A DNA stretch of 59,708 nt, counting the filler, from a candidate division WOR-3 bacterium (GTDB lineage Bacteria; SDB-A), in the NCBI GenBank assembly GCA_016934535.1. It is 4 parts of 4 records of this genome, joined end to end, with 100 filler letters (N's around TTAATTAATTAA, not from the genome) between each part and the next. Parts side by side here need not be neighbours in the genome. Positions count along the whole stretch, not along the records: positions 20,086 to 47,308 come from JAFGSQ010000045.1; 3 more parts are not named here. The stretch is one strand, 5' to 3'. Shown in pieces: positions 30,703 to 40,583 of the stretch. The notes under the pieces are model-generated. The model was not told the DNA's origin. It worked only from the letters and a program-made list of their open reading frames with translations, and did not search any database. Position numbers and translations under genes: made by a program. Each line of letters opens with the position of its first letter. Within the stretch, counting starts at the first letter, position 1.

Positions 30703-30868
30703 GTCCCATCCTCCCTTTTTCAATTTCTTTTATTTTATCATTTTTATTATAATCATACAATTTTTATTTGCAAATATAATTATTTATGTAAAACGAATCA
30801 TTAGTTAAGATTTGACGAAGTAAAAGGGTTGTAATACTATTAATCATCTTGTCGAGAGATATCAAACT

Positions 30869-31741
30869 ATGCCGATCAGTGAAAAAACAATAAAAATCCT
30901 GCTTAAATATCAAAAAAACGAAATCACCGAACATAACATATATCTTAAACTTGCAAAGCGTGAAAAATCCCCGGAAAACAGAAAAGTCTTCGAAGAAATT
31001 TCGGCTGATGAGCTCCGACACTATAATCAATGGCGTGAATATACGAAAAAAGATGTTTCACCGGACAGAAGAAGGATATTCTTTTTCTTTGTTATAAGCC
31101 GCCTGTTTGGTTTGACTTTCGGTGTAAAGCTGATGGAACGAGGAGAAGAGAGCGCTCAAACCAAGTATAAAAAACTTATAGATGAAATCCCTGGAGCCGG
31201 AATAATCGCTGAAGAAGAGGACAGGCACGAAAATGCTCTGTTGCAACTTTTGGATGAAGAGAGACTCAGGTACACAGGTTCGATGGTACTTGGTTTGAAC
31301 GACGCTCTGGTAGAACTGACGGGAGCTCTCGCCGGATTCACATTCGCGCTGAGAAACACTAAACTTGTAGCCCTGACGGGTGCCATAACAGGCTTTGCCG
31401 CGGCTCTTTCTATGGCAGCTTCAGAGTATCTTTCTAAAAAATCGGATGAAACGGATAAAAATCCTTTCAAGGCATCTCTTTACACAGGATCTGCCTACAT
31501 CATTACCGTTGTTTTGCTTATCGCGCCGTTTCTTTTACTTAATAATATTTTTATCTGTCTGGCAACAACTCTAATAACGGCAATCGCAATAATTGCCGTT
31601 TTCAATTATTATATCTCTGTCGCAAAAGATCAGAAATTCAAAAATCGTTTCATTGAAATGGCAGGCTTAAGTGTAGGCGTAGCTGTTGTAAGTTTTTTCA
31701 TTGGATACTTACTGCGGGCATTCATAGGAGTAGATCCGTGA
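30869..31741 (+). CDS. Rubrerythrin-like domain fused to a VIT1/CCC1 iron transporter
   Basis: QKNEITEH..Y, DELRH, EDRHE, VLGLNDALVELTG, ALSMAASEYLS. Confidence 0.9.
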   Translation: MPISEKTIKILLKYQKNEITEHNIYLKLAKREKSPENRKVFEEISADELRHYNQWREYTKKDVSPDRRRIFFFFVISRLFGLTFGVKLMERGEESAQTKYKKLIDEIPGAGIIAEEEDRHENALLQLLDEERLRYTGSMVLGLNDALVELTGALAGFTFALRNTKLVALTGAITGFAAALSMAASEYLSKKSDETDKNPFKASLYTGSAYIITVVLLIAPFLLLNNIFICLATTLITAIAIIAVFNYYISVAKDQKFKNRFIEMAGLSVGVAVVSFFIGYLLRAFIGVDP

Positions 31742-31858
31742 AAAAACATCAAATCAAATGTTTATACTGGTCCTGGTTAAATTAATTTGTGTTTTTTATC
31801 GGTTTATTTCAATAAAAAACCAGATCGAAACAGTTGATATAAAAAAAGGAAGTGATTC

Positions 31859-32458
31859 ATGAAAAGAAATTTTGTTATTTTTTTCTCGGTAATATTACCG
31901 GCGTTTTCATTTGGTCTGAATATTGACGAAACATTTGATGAAATATTTGAGTATTGCGGACAAAATACGTTTGAAGAATACAGATGCGAACAATACATAG
32001 TTTTAGCCCAATATGTACAGTCTCTCGGGAATAACGAGGCAATTGCGGCTCTCAGAGAATATGCCGCAGCAAACGAGGAAAGCGAGAAAATCATCATTTT
32101 GACAAGAATGTTGTTTAAACCAAAAGACAACACTTCGTTGAGAAGACCTTTAATCGGAGGGGCAATCTTTTTCGGTAACACCGATTATGAGGACTGGCCC
32201 AGCGAACCCATAGAAATAATAAACGGCGTTCCTTTTTTGATAACCATGGGATATTGTCTGGGTGGAAGTCCGGAAACTTCTTTACAGTATCTTGAGTACT
32301 GCGCGGAAAACGGAGAATGGAATGAATACAGTTATTCCCTGAAAACAGAAGAAGAAATGTCAGAAGCTCTGAACATTCTGCTGAGCAGTCCAAAATGGAA
32401 CGAACCTCTGTCGGAGTCCGAAGTTCTGTTTTTTGAAAATCAAATTGTGATCGAATAG
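31859..32458 (+). CDS. Secreted hypothetical protein
   Basis: Signal peptide; AAGGAAG upstream; acidic soluble domain. Confidence 0.65.
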   Translation: MKRNFVIFFSVILPAFSFGLNIDETFDEIFEYCGQNTFEEYRCEQYIVLAQYVQSLGNNEAIAALREYAAANEESEKIIILTRMLFKPKDNTSLRRPLIGGAIFFGNTDYEDWPSEPIEIINGVPFLITMGYCLGGSPETSLQYLEYCAENGEWNEYSYSLKTEEEMSEALNILLSSPKWNEPLSESEVLFFENQIVIE

Positions 32459-32544
32459 CCGGATGTTGAATTTCAGGTTGCCGTATTTAGTATGTTAATT
32501 TTGCATTTATTATTTTATTGAGTTTAAGAGCAGGGAGAATATGT

Positions 32545-35049
32545 ATGGCAAAGAAAATTCTGACTCACATCTTAGTCTCGTTATTTTTTTCGATTTTGTA
32601 CTCGCAGGCTCCTTCTCATTGGACGCCGAGCGGAATAGGCGGCGGTGGAGGTCTGTTTTCACCAAGCTTCAGCCCTCACAATTCTGATGAATTTTTTATT
32701 GCCTGCGATATGGGGGGGCTGTACAGAAGCATCGACATGGGAGAAAACTGGGACGTTCTCAGTTTCAGCGAGATAAGGGGTGGAGTTTCATCGTGTGTTC
32801 GGTTTACAAATAATCCCTCGCTTATATATTGTCTGGGCAATAACGGGAACGGATTCACTCCAAAAAAATCCACGGACGGAGGACAGGTCTGGACGGATCT
32901 TTCCGCAGATCCGACGGGAGGGGACGCTTGGTTCATGACAGCGGATCCTATGAATACACAAAGAATTATTATTACGGATTACAGTGATCTTTGGTTTTCA
33001 GGCGACGGTGGAAATTCATTTGGCGCCTCTAAATATCACAGTTCTTCAGGAGGAGGGCTTCATGTTGCCGGTGTGTTTTTTGACGGCGTAAATATATTTG
33101 TAGGAACCAACACAGGTCTTCTTGTATCAACAGACGGCGGAAGTTCTTTTACAATGAATTCTCTTCCGGGAATTCCATCCGGCCAGGGAATTTTATCTTT
33201 TGCCGGAGCCAAAGAAGGCAGTGTCACGAGGTTTTATGCGACATCTGCTGAAGAAAGCGACATTTACGCGGGTATTTCGGGAGGCGATTATTGGGGTATC
33301 TGCACAGGTGTTTATTCTATGGACGCTGGGACGGGAAACTGGGTTCAAAAAACCGGGGGTTTGAATTTGTCTCATGATTTTGTTTTTTTTGTCTCTATGT
33401 CTATTAATGAGGTGAGCACGGCGTATCTGGCAGGCGGAAATTTCGACGGTGTGCCGGTTGTTTTTAAGACAACTAACGGCGGCATAAGTTGGTCTGAGGT
33501 TTTTTTGACAGACAACAACCAGAACATTGTCACCGGATATTGCGGCTATCAGGGCGATTTTGGCTGGTACTGGGCTGAGTGCGCTCTGGGATTTGCCGTT
33601 TCGCCTGTCAATTCGGACCTGGTAATGATTACCGACTTCGGATTCGTCCACGTGACATCTGACGGAGGGGTGAATTGGAGACAAGTGTACATCAATCCAT
33701 ATGTACAAAATCCCGCTGGATCACCGACACCGAAAGGCAGGTCATATTTTTCAAACGGTTTGGAAAATACGTCATCTTGGTGGATGACGTGGAGCGATTC
33801 GGACAACATTTTTGCTTCATACACTGACATAAAAGGTGTAAAAAGTTCAGACGGCGGGAATTCCTGGTCTTTCGACTACACAGGACACAATCAAAACACC
33901 ATGTATCAAGCTTTAAAGCATGTTAACGGATACCTTTACGCCGCTACATCGACCGTGCATGACATTTACCAGAGCACCTATCTGCAGGATTCCCGTTTAG
34001 ACAATGGAAGCGGCATGATCTTATTTTCTGTGGACACCGGATCTTCGTGGAATGTACTGCACGATTTCGGACATCCTGTCATTTGGCTTGCGTTTGACCC
34101 CAACAACCAAAACAGGCTCTACGCGAGCGTCATTCACAGCACACAGGGCGGAATTTTTGTTTCAAATGACATACAAAACGGCGGTGGATCTTCATGGAGT
34201 AAATTGGCCGATCCGCCGAGGACAGAAGGCCATCCTTTTTGTGTAACAATTCTCGACGACAACACCATTGTATGCTCATATTCAGGTAGAAGAGACAACA
34301 CAGGTGTATTCACGGCAAGTTCAGGTGTTTTTGTCAGCACAAACGGAGGAAACAGCTGGCTGGACAGAAGCGACGACGGAATGTATTACTGGACAAAAGA
34401 CGTTGTGGTATATCCTCACGACAACAGTCAAAATACTTGGTATGCCTGTGTTTTTAGCGGTTGGGGAGGACCTCCGAACGGTCTCGGAGGGCTTTACAGG
34501 ACGACAGACAGGGGATTAAACTGGTCGAGAATATGCGATTTAGACAGAGTCGAGTCTTGTACTTTCAGCACAACGGATCCGGATTTCTGTTATCTGACGA
34601 CTGAAGAGGACGGATTATGGTGCAGCCAAAACATAACCTCAACGAATCCGGATTTTATTCAAGTTACATCGTATCCATTTGCCCATCCTGTAAGAGTATT
34701 CTTTAATCCGTTTAATGAAAATGAAGTTTGGATTACAAGTTTCGGTAACGGTTTGAAAAAAGGTGTTTCCGGAACTGCCGTAGAAGATTTTCCGGAAATA
34801 ACAAATCCGTGGGGTCAAATAGAGATCTTTCCCAATCCCACTTCAGGCAAAGTATTTTTTTGTTTAGACGAACATTTACTTCCTATCGTGTCCATAGAAG
34901 TGCTGGATGTTTCAGGGAGATTGGTTAAAAGTTTTGATTCATTTAATTTATCATCTTTTGATTTGAGCAATTTGGAGGCGGGAGTTTACTTTTTTAGAGT
35001 TTGCACCGAGGAAGATGAGATCTCAAGGAAAGTTACGTTGTTAAAATAG
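32545..35049 (+). CDS. Secreted BNR/Asp-box beta-propeller (GH74/VPS10-like) protein with T9SS-type C-terminal domain
   Basis: Signal peptide; GIGGGG..F.P, CDMGGLYRS.D.G..W; many S.DGG.SW repeats; IFPNPT...DVSGRLV...LEAGVYF tail. Confidence 0.85.
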   Translation: MAKKILTHILVSLFFSILYSQAPSHWTPSGIGGGGGLFSPSFSPHNSDEFFIACDMGGLYRSIDMGENWDVLSFSEIRGGVSSCVRFTNNPSLIYCLGNNGNGFTPKKSTDGGQVWTDLSADPTGGDAWFMTADPMNTQRIIITDYSDLWFSGDGGNSFGASKYHSSSGGGLHVAGVFFDGVNIFVGTNTGLLVSTDGGSSFTMNSLPGIPSGQGILSFAGAKEGSVTRFYATSAEESDIYAGISGGDYWGICTGVYSMDAGTGNWVQKTGGLNLSHDFVFFVSMSINEVSTAYLAGGNFDGVPVVFKTTNGGISWSEVFLTDNNQNIVTGYCGYQGDFGWYWAECALGFAVSPVNSDLVMITDFGFVHVTSDGGVNWRQVYINPYVQNPAGSPTPKGRSYFSNGLENTSSWWMTWSDSDNIFASYTDIKGVKSSDGGNSWSFDYTGHNQNTMYQALKHVNGYLYAATSTVHDIYQSTYLQDSRLDNGSGMILFSVDTGSSWNVLHDFGHPVIWLAFDPNNQNRLYASVIHSTQGGIFVSNDIQNGGGSSWSKLADPPRTEGHPFCVTILDDNTIVCSYSGRRDNTGVFTASSGVFVSTNGGNSWLDRSDDGMYYWTKDVVVYPHDNSQNTWYACVFSGWGGPPNGLGGLYRTTDRGLNWSRICDLDRVESCTFSTTDPDFCYLTTEEDGLWCSQNITSTNPDFIQVTSYPFAHPVRVFFNPFNENEVWITSFGNGLKKGVSGTAVEDFPEITNPWGQIEIFPNPTSGKVFFCLDEHLLPIVSIEVLDVSGRLVKSFDSFNLSSFDLSNLEAGVYFFRVCTEEDEISRKVTLLK

Positions 35050-35196
35050 TAATATACAGAGAACTTATATAAGCTTGAATTGATATTGGTCAATTCTCAT
35101 CTTTTTTACAACAGGTCATAGCCATTTAAAAATCGCACAGGCGGAAAAGAAATTGCTTTTCAGTACAGAAAAGCTTTTCTTTACTCGAATATTTTC

Positions 35197-35225
35197 TTGA
35201 CAACGCTATAACGGTTATGTATTTT
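35197..35225 (+). promoter_or_regulatory. Sigma70-type promoter of the leader-GNAT transcript
   Basis: TTGACA-17 nt-TATTTT; palindrome ATAACGGTTAT in the spacer. Confidence 0.5.
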
Positions 35226-35310
35226 TGCTTGATTACCGACCGAGGACAAAAAACTAACAAAGAGTTGCTTGTTAAAATCAACTCGTCGGTTCTATAAGGA
35301 GGTGATACCC

Positions 35311-35385
35311 ATGCTATGTAAAACGAACAAACACTTCATGATTCGGCCTGCATGGTATTCAGCCTTCTACCCCGCAAGCCGATAA
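35311..35385 (+). CDS. Putative 24-aa leader peptide MLCKTNKHFMIRPAWYSAFYPASR
   Basis: Perfect extended SD AAGGAGGTGA (35296-35305) 5 nt before the ATG; embedded in hairpins upstream of a GNAT gene. Confidence 0.6.
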   Translation: MLCKTNKHFMIRPAWYSAFYPASR

Positions 35386-35470
35386 ACTTTCGGCAAATCA
35401 AGGCAACAAATCGCAAAGCGGAAAGCGCTGGTTTAATCCAGTGTTTTCCAATAAATGACTGGAGAGTAAA

Positions 35471-36289
35471 ATGGTTGAACTTTTCAACGAAAAGAAAACG
35501 GCCTGCGGTTATCTCGACATTATTCACGAAGGAGGCGATTCCTGGGTGATTATACAAAAATGGTATAAAGACGCTGACGGAATGCCTCAGAAAGCTGATT
35601 GGGAAAAAGTTTTCAATTCTGTTTTTGACGAATGCACACGCAAAGGGGCAAAGATTATAGACACGAGAGTGATATCTGCGGAAGAATCCATAGACGATGA
35701 ACTGGCCTCCGAACGCGCAAAAATGCATCGTGACATACTTACTGCCAAAGGATTTGTCCCTGGTGAAAGCAGACTTGAATACCGCATGCCTCTCGATGCG
35801 GCTGTTAAGAATTTAGAATCGTCGGTAAAAACGAATTCTCTTCGATGGGAGTGTGTAGATTCATCACGTGAAGATGAGTTTAAAAAAGCCGTTCATTTAT
35901 TTCAATGCGCGGCGGAGGGGGATATTGCTTTTGACCCGGATGACGATATGTCAGATTTTCTTAAAGGTTTTTTGGCCGATGAAGATGTCATCAAAGACCC
36001 TGAAATGCTGCAGATAGGTATTCTGAAAAATGAAGCGGCGGTTGTTTTAGCGTGCATGTCTTATTCGGACGGATGGTCTACTTTGTATTATCTGGGAGTT
36101 CTGCCTAAGTTCAGAGGACGCGGTCTTGGAACAGAAACAATGCTTCACGGTCTGCAGACGCTGAAGAAACTTGGCGGAAAAATTTATCACGATGGAACAG
36201 GCGCTCGAAATAAAGCAGCACTCGCTCTTTTTGCAAAAATCGAAGCGCCCCTGTTCAGGGAAATGGAAGACTGGCGGCTTAAATTATAA
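35471..36289 (+). CDS. Tandem-fold GNAT N-acetyltransferase
   Basis: YLGVLPKFRGRGLG, N.AALALF in the C-terminal domain; degenerate N-terminal GNAT half (LTAKGF). Confidence 0.8.
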   Translation: MVELFNEKKTACGYLDIIHEGGDSWVIIQKWYKDADGMPQKADWEKVFNSVFDECTRKGAKIIDTRVISAEESIDDELASERAKMHRDILTAKGFVPGESRLEYRMPLDAAVKNLESSVKTNSLRWECVDSSREDEFKKAVHLFQCAAEGDIAFDPDDDMSDFLKGFLADEDVIKDPEMLQIGILKNEAAVVLACMSYSDGWSTLYYLGVLPKFRGRGLGTETMLHGLQTLKKLGGKIYHDGTGARNKAALALFAKIEAPLFREMEDWRLKL

Positions 36290-36556
36290 CGATTTGTGAA
36301 TGATTAAAGGGCTGAAAAATGAGGGTCGGTTTTATATAATTGTGTGGCTAAAGAAAAATTATTATCAGAAAGATGTGACTTATGATGAGTTGTTTAAAAG
36401 CACATATAATAACACTCTTGAAAACACCGTCTCTGATACATCAGCCCTTTTATTCGGATATATTTCCTGAACTCATAAAGAAGGAAAAGAGAATAAAAGG
36501 TAAAAAAAAAAAGTAATACATTTGTTTAACTTTTCACCAGCAGGGAGGTCAAAACT

Positions 36557-37093
36557 GTGAAAAAAGTATTTTTTTTACCCTTTTTTCTCTTGTCAATTTT
36601 GTCGTGTCAAGTTTTCGCCGACGAAGAGGCGAATAACAGACCTGTGGTCAGAGCTTCTCAATACGGAATGACGTACGCGAAAAGCATACCGGATGCGGCT
36701 TACGGAGATTTGGGCAAGACACTGATCTATTCAGTCGGATGGGAAAACGACGAACTCATTTGCGAGTACAACTGGTATGCAAATGAAATATATCTTGGGG
36801 GGCCCGGCGAGACGACCATCGTCCGTTTCGGACCATGGCAGAGAGGACGCGAACCGAGCTCAAACCATCTCGCTTTAGGAATATACAGGGACGGACGGAC
36901 GCTGAGGGAATATTCGACCCTGGAAATGACAAAACTCGGATGCGGAATCTCAACAAGCGTCTCCCACTACGAGATATTCGGAGAAAGACTGGGATTTAGA
37001 TGGATGAGTGGCGATGATTATGTCTTCGAAGTAAAAGGCGTAAGCGGAAAACTGTTCACTTTTGATGTTTCAACGGGAGATATCAAAGAATAA
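36557..37093 (+). CDS. Secreted hypothetical protein
   Basis: GGAGG SD, GTG start, signal peptide ending VFA/D. Confidence 0.65.
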   Translation: MKKVFFLPFFLLSILSCQVFADEEANNRPVVRASQYGMTYAKSIPDAAYGDLGKTLIYSVGWENDELICEYNWYANEIYLGGPGETTIVRFGPWQRGREPSSNHLALGIYRDGRTLREYSTLEMTKLGCGISTSVSHYEIFGERLGFRWMSGDDYVFEVKGVSGKLFTFDVSTGDIKE

Positions 37094-37116
37094 GGTCAGG
37101 ATTTAGATTAACTTAA

Positions 37117-37767
37117 TTATTCCTGAATTTTTAACTTTTCGATCGTACCCAGACAAAAACCGCTGGTAAGGCCGGTGACGGGATTCAGGGGTTCGTTTAT
37201 GTTGAATATGTATCCGGTCCTGCCGTATCTGCCCTTTTTCTCTTCGTCGAAATATTCATGGTCCATAGCGACGTGCTTTATCCGGACGCATACTGACACG
37301 CCTCCGCTTCCGGGGAATGTCTCTTTCTCCCAAAGAAATTCAGATTCGAGGCTTAAAAAGCATTCGGCGATTCTGGGAGCTTTCACTGTTACGGCTTTTT
37401 CAATGGTAAGGCCAGACTTAGTTATCTCGTCGTCTTCGAATTCATTGTTTTTAATCGTCGCCAGGCACTTGTCGAATATTTCCGAAGACGGAAAGTTGAT
37501 CACGCATTCTTTTGTCTGAACGAGGCTGTTGTACATGTGACCCGACCGCTGGACGTGTCCGAGAATGCACAAAAGCTCTCCCTGGTCTGAGAAAAAAGCA
37601 GACCAGGACTGAAGACATGCGTTCGGTTTGCCGTTGGCTTTGTAGGTAGTGACAAGGAAAATGGCTGACGGAACAGACGAAACGAGTTCTTTCCGCGGAA
37701 AAATCCCCGACGCGCCGGGCCAAGGTTCGATGTATTTGACGTCCTTGTCGTAAAGCTCGATTTTCAT
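37117..37767 (-). CDS. Flavin reductase-like FMN-binding protein
   Basis: VTTYKANGKPN, KECVINFP, DEITKSGLT, VKAPRIAEC. Confidence 0.85.
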   Translation of the reverse strand: MKIELYDKDVKYIEPWPGASGIFPRKELVSSVPSAIFLVTTYKANGKPNACLQSWSAFFSDQGELLCILGHVQRSGHMYNSLVQTKECVINFPSSEIFDKCLATIKNNEFEDDEITKSGLTIEKAVTVKAPRIAECFLSLESEFLWEKETFPGSGGVSVCVRIKHVAMDHEYFDEEKKGRYGRTGYIFNINEPLNPVTGLTSGFCLGTIEKLKIQE

Positions 37768-37982
37768 TCCTGCACCTCCGTAGTAATTCTTGAAAAATAT
37801 GATTGTTTATATCTTAACCTTATTTTATATCTTAAAATATGAGCCTTTCAACTATTAAACGGACTGTTAAAATCCATACCCGAAACAGTTTGTCGATCTG
37901 TGTTTTCGAGAATATCTTCGTTTGACTATTTTCAAACCGGGTTTTAAAATCTTTCAACAAATGTTTTTAAGGGGTCATTTTT

Positions 37983-39128
37983 TTGAGTGTTATTAATCCG
38001 GATTTAGATGAGGTCTTTTTGTTTCTCAAAGAAAAGACTCAAAATTGGTTTAACGCTTATTTTTCTCCAAACATTCCCGAAACAACAGAATCGAACGCAC
38101 GATTAAATTTTCCCATTCCTGAGTATGAAAAAATTGAAGTGATAATTGACGAAGCGTTCTTAAAACAAAACACAGGTAAAAGCGGTTTTGTTTTCACTGA
38201 CAATAAAATATATATTAAACCGCCCTTCAAAGAAACACATTCAGTTAGTTACGACGAATTATATAAAACACCTTATTCTTTTTTCAGGGAAAAAATTCCT
38301 GAAAATGAATCGGCGCCTGAAAAAGACATGGCTTCCGTCTGCCAGAAAATTAAAAACATTGTAATGTACACAGATCCGGATCACAGAAAACCGATTCACG
38401 ATCCCGATAAAAGCCGGCATCCTGTCAGAGACTGGTTTGTTTCAGCTTTTTCTTTTATTTTTTTTATTGTCCTTTTCCCTTGGTTGTCATGGGATTTAAT
38501 CGGTCCCATGGTCCCTTTTCCGACGCTTGTCAAATACTTGAGCCTTGTCAGTTTATTGTCGTGGTTTATCTGGTTTCACTCACACAGGGTCACTGTAAAA
38601 AAGAAGGACAGACACTCTTTATACACATTGTTTAAAAGAATTATCACCGGCGTGTTTTTCTCCGCCGGTTTCGTTGGGGCGGTAGCACTTGACAGAATCA
38701 GATCAAATCCCGATCTTTCAGCCGGTTCGTTGATTCAGACTCTTTCGGTTTCGTTTCTTTTATCAGCCGTTTGCATTTTGGTTCTATTTTGGATGCAGAA
38801 GTTTTTCCACCGGATAAGAATCAATGCAAAGATAAAAAGTATCGCCGAAAAATACATTGAAAAAAGGGAAAAAGAAGGGAAAGAAGGTTTGCTCGGCCTT
38901 AGCGACGCCGGTGTCTGCGATCTTGACAACGATCAGGACATAAGAAAGGTCTGTCATAAAATTGCAAACGTAACTATCAATCCTCTCAAGGGTTTGTCAG
39001 ATTTACTTGAGAACATTGATTTAATGACATTTTTCGAGTATGCGAAGGATCGCGGGTATGACTTCACGCGCTGGGGAAAACCCGAGGATATAATCAACGA
39101 GTTGAAAGGAACAAATCATGGCTACTGA
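37983..39128 (+). CDS. Hypothetical membrane protein
   Basis: Four central TM helices; N-terminal GKSGFVFTDNKIY beta region. Confidence 0.6.
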   Translation: MSVINPDLDEVFLFLKEKTQNWFNAYFSPNIPETTESNARLNFPIPEYEKIEVIIDEAFLKQNTGKSGFVFTDNKIYIKPPFKETHSVSYDELYKTPYSFFREKIPENESAPEKDMASVCQKIKNIVMYTDPDHRKPIHDPDKSRHPVRDWFVSAFSFIFFIVLFPWLSWDLIGPMVPFPTLVKYLSLVSLLSWFIWFHSHRVTVKKKDRHSLYTLFKRIITGVFFSAGFVGAVALDRIRSNPDLSAGSLIQTLSVSFLLSAVCILVLFWMQKFFHRIRINAKIKSIAEKYIEKREKEGKEGLLGLSDAGVCDLDNDQDIRKVCHKIANVTINPLKGLSDLLENIDLMTFFEYAKDRGYDFTRWGKPEDIINELKGTNHGY

Positions 39129-39456
39129 TAAGGATTTCATCGAATTTATTGCCGACCAGATGGCAGACACAGGAAAAATTGCGTACAGGAAAATGTTCGG
39201 CGAATACGTGGTCTACTGCGACGGAAAAGTCGTCGCGCTTGTATGCGACAACAAGCTGTTCGTAAAACCGACCGAGGGCGGGAAAAGATTCATAGGCGAT
39301 GTAGTAGAGGCTCCGCCTTATCCGGGCGCGAAAATGAGTTTTCTTATAGAGGATAAATTTGAAGACAGCGAATGGCTTTCTGAACTCATAAGCATCACGA
39401 AGAATGAACTTCCCGAACCTAAACCGAAGAAGAAAAAAAGTAGAAAAATCTGCTAA
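39118..39456 (+). CDS. TfoX/Sxy N-terminal domain protein
   Basis: RKMFGEY..YCDGK..ALVCDNKLFVKPT, PPYPGAK. Confidence 0.9.
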   Translation: MATDKDFIEFIADQMADTGKIAYRKMFGEYVVYCDGKVVALVCDNKLFVKPTEGGKRFIGDVVEAPPYPGAKMSFLIEDKFEDSEWLSELISITKNELPEPKPKKKKSRKIC

Positions 39457-39494
39457 CATATTGAAAATATCAATTGTTTATAACGACAACGTCC

Positions 39495-39523
39495 TTGACA
39501 ATGCAACTTATTAGTTGTATATT
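39495..39523 (+). promoter_or_regulatory. hicAB promoter with palindromic operator
   Basis: TTGACA-17 nt-TATATT; CAACT-TATT-AGTTG in the spacer. Confidence 0.75.
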
Positions 39524-39529
39524 TTGCAA

Positions 39530-39718
39530 ATGACAGGCAAGGAAATAATTAATATATTAAGGAAGCAGGGCTGGATTCTTGATCGGGTTTCCGGCAGTCA
39601 TTATATAATGATTAAGGAAAATAAACGCTCTATCCCTGTTCCTGTTCACGGTAAAAAAGAACTGCCAAAAGGGCTTGTTTATTTGATATTTAAACAAGCT
39701 GGAATAAAGGAGAAATGA
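39530..39718 (+). CDS. hicA: HicA mRNA interferase toxin
   Basis: MTGKEII..L...GW...RVSGSH, IPVPVH..KELPKG....I.KQAG. Confidence 0.92.
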   Translation: MTGKEIINILRKQGWILDRVSGSHYIMIKENKRSIPVPVHGKKELPKGLVYLIFKQAGIKEK

Positions 39719-39719
39719 T

Positions 39720-40133
39720 ATGGAATATTATGCCAAGATAAAAAAAACCTCTGGCGCATACATGGTGTCATTTCCGGAATTCCCAAATGTCAACACTTAC
39801 GGAAATTGCTTGGAATCAGCGCTTAATAACGCTTCTGAAGCCCTGAACGGATGTTTGGAATCTGATTTTGAAAGAGGTTACCGCCTTCCGGATGTGAAAG
39901 TTTACAATGGGAGGAATTATCATAAGGTTAGGGTTTTACCGCACATTGAAATAGCATACAATTTAAAAAAATTACGAAACGGAAAATCACAGATCGAAAT
40001 AGCAAAAAAACTCAAAATTTCCTACCAAGCCTATCAAAAACTTGAAAATCCAAGAAAATGCAATCCGACGATTAAGACTTTGGAAAAAATCAGCAATGCA
40101 TTGGGTAAAGAAGTTGTAATACGATTCAAGTGA
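39720..40133 (+). CDS. hicB: HicB antitoxin with C-terminal XRE-type HTH
   Basis: VSFPEFP...TYG...E.A..NA.EAL; SQIEIAKKLKISYQAYQKLENP..NPTIKTL. Confidence 0.92.
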   Translation: MEYYAKIKKTSGAYMVSFPEFPNVNTYGNCLESALNNASEALNGCLESDFERGYRLPDVKVYNGRNYHKVRVLPHIEIAYNLKKLRNGKSQIEIAKKLKISYQAYQKLENPRKCNPTIKTLEKISNALGKEVVIRFK

Positions 40134-40223
40134 CAGGGAAGCTTTTGGCGTGATACTTACTATCTGTAAACAATGGTTGTTCTATGTTGACAGCCAAAAG
40201 AAATATTTAAAAAAGGATACACA

Positions 40224-40541
40224 ATGAATCGGGATTTTATCGGACGGTGCGGAGCTTACTGCGGGACCTGTTTGTGGAAAGAAAAAACCGGTTGTCCGGG
40301 ATGTCAATTGAGCAAGGGTAAAATGTTCTGGGGAGAATGTTCTGTCGCCAAATGTTCAATAGATAAAAAAATTGAGCATTGTGGTTTCTGCCAGAATCTT
40401 CCGTGCGGCTCACTTCAAGAAGCTTTTGACAATCCGGAGCACGGCGACAACGGCGAGAGATTGGCCAACCTAAGAGCTTGGGCAAATGGTGAAGATCAAT
40501 ACATTGAACTTGGTACTTTCCCGGCAAAGAAAACTCCATAA
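40224..40541 (+). CDS. DUF3795-type Cys-rich protein
   Basis: CGAYCGTC, CPGC, C.VAKC, HCGFC..LPC. Confidence 0.85.
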   Translation: MNRDFIGRCGAYCGTCLWKEKTGCPGCQLSKGKMFWGECSVAKCSIDKKIEHCGFCQNLPCGSLQEAFDNPEHGDNGERLANLRAWANGEDQYIELGTFPAKKTP

Positions 40542-40583
40542 GTCTGCTTCGGCTAAATGATTTTTTAGGATTTTATTCAGTCA

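Noticed and set aside
35336-35728. Minus-strand 130-aa ORF and plus-strand ORF 35352-35549
   Set aside because: They overlap the better-supported leader and GNAT, and have no SD or motifs
36300-36500. Coding-like intergenic stretch (similar ones at 6570-6680 and 44090-44221)
   Set aside because: Interrupted frames that I cannot assign to any family without a database search
39450-39485. TGCTAAC...GTTTATA after tfoX as a possible attC site
   Set aside because: Too short, with poor complementarity between the ends
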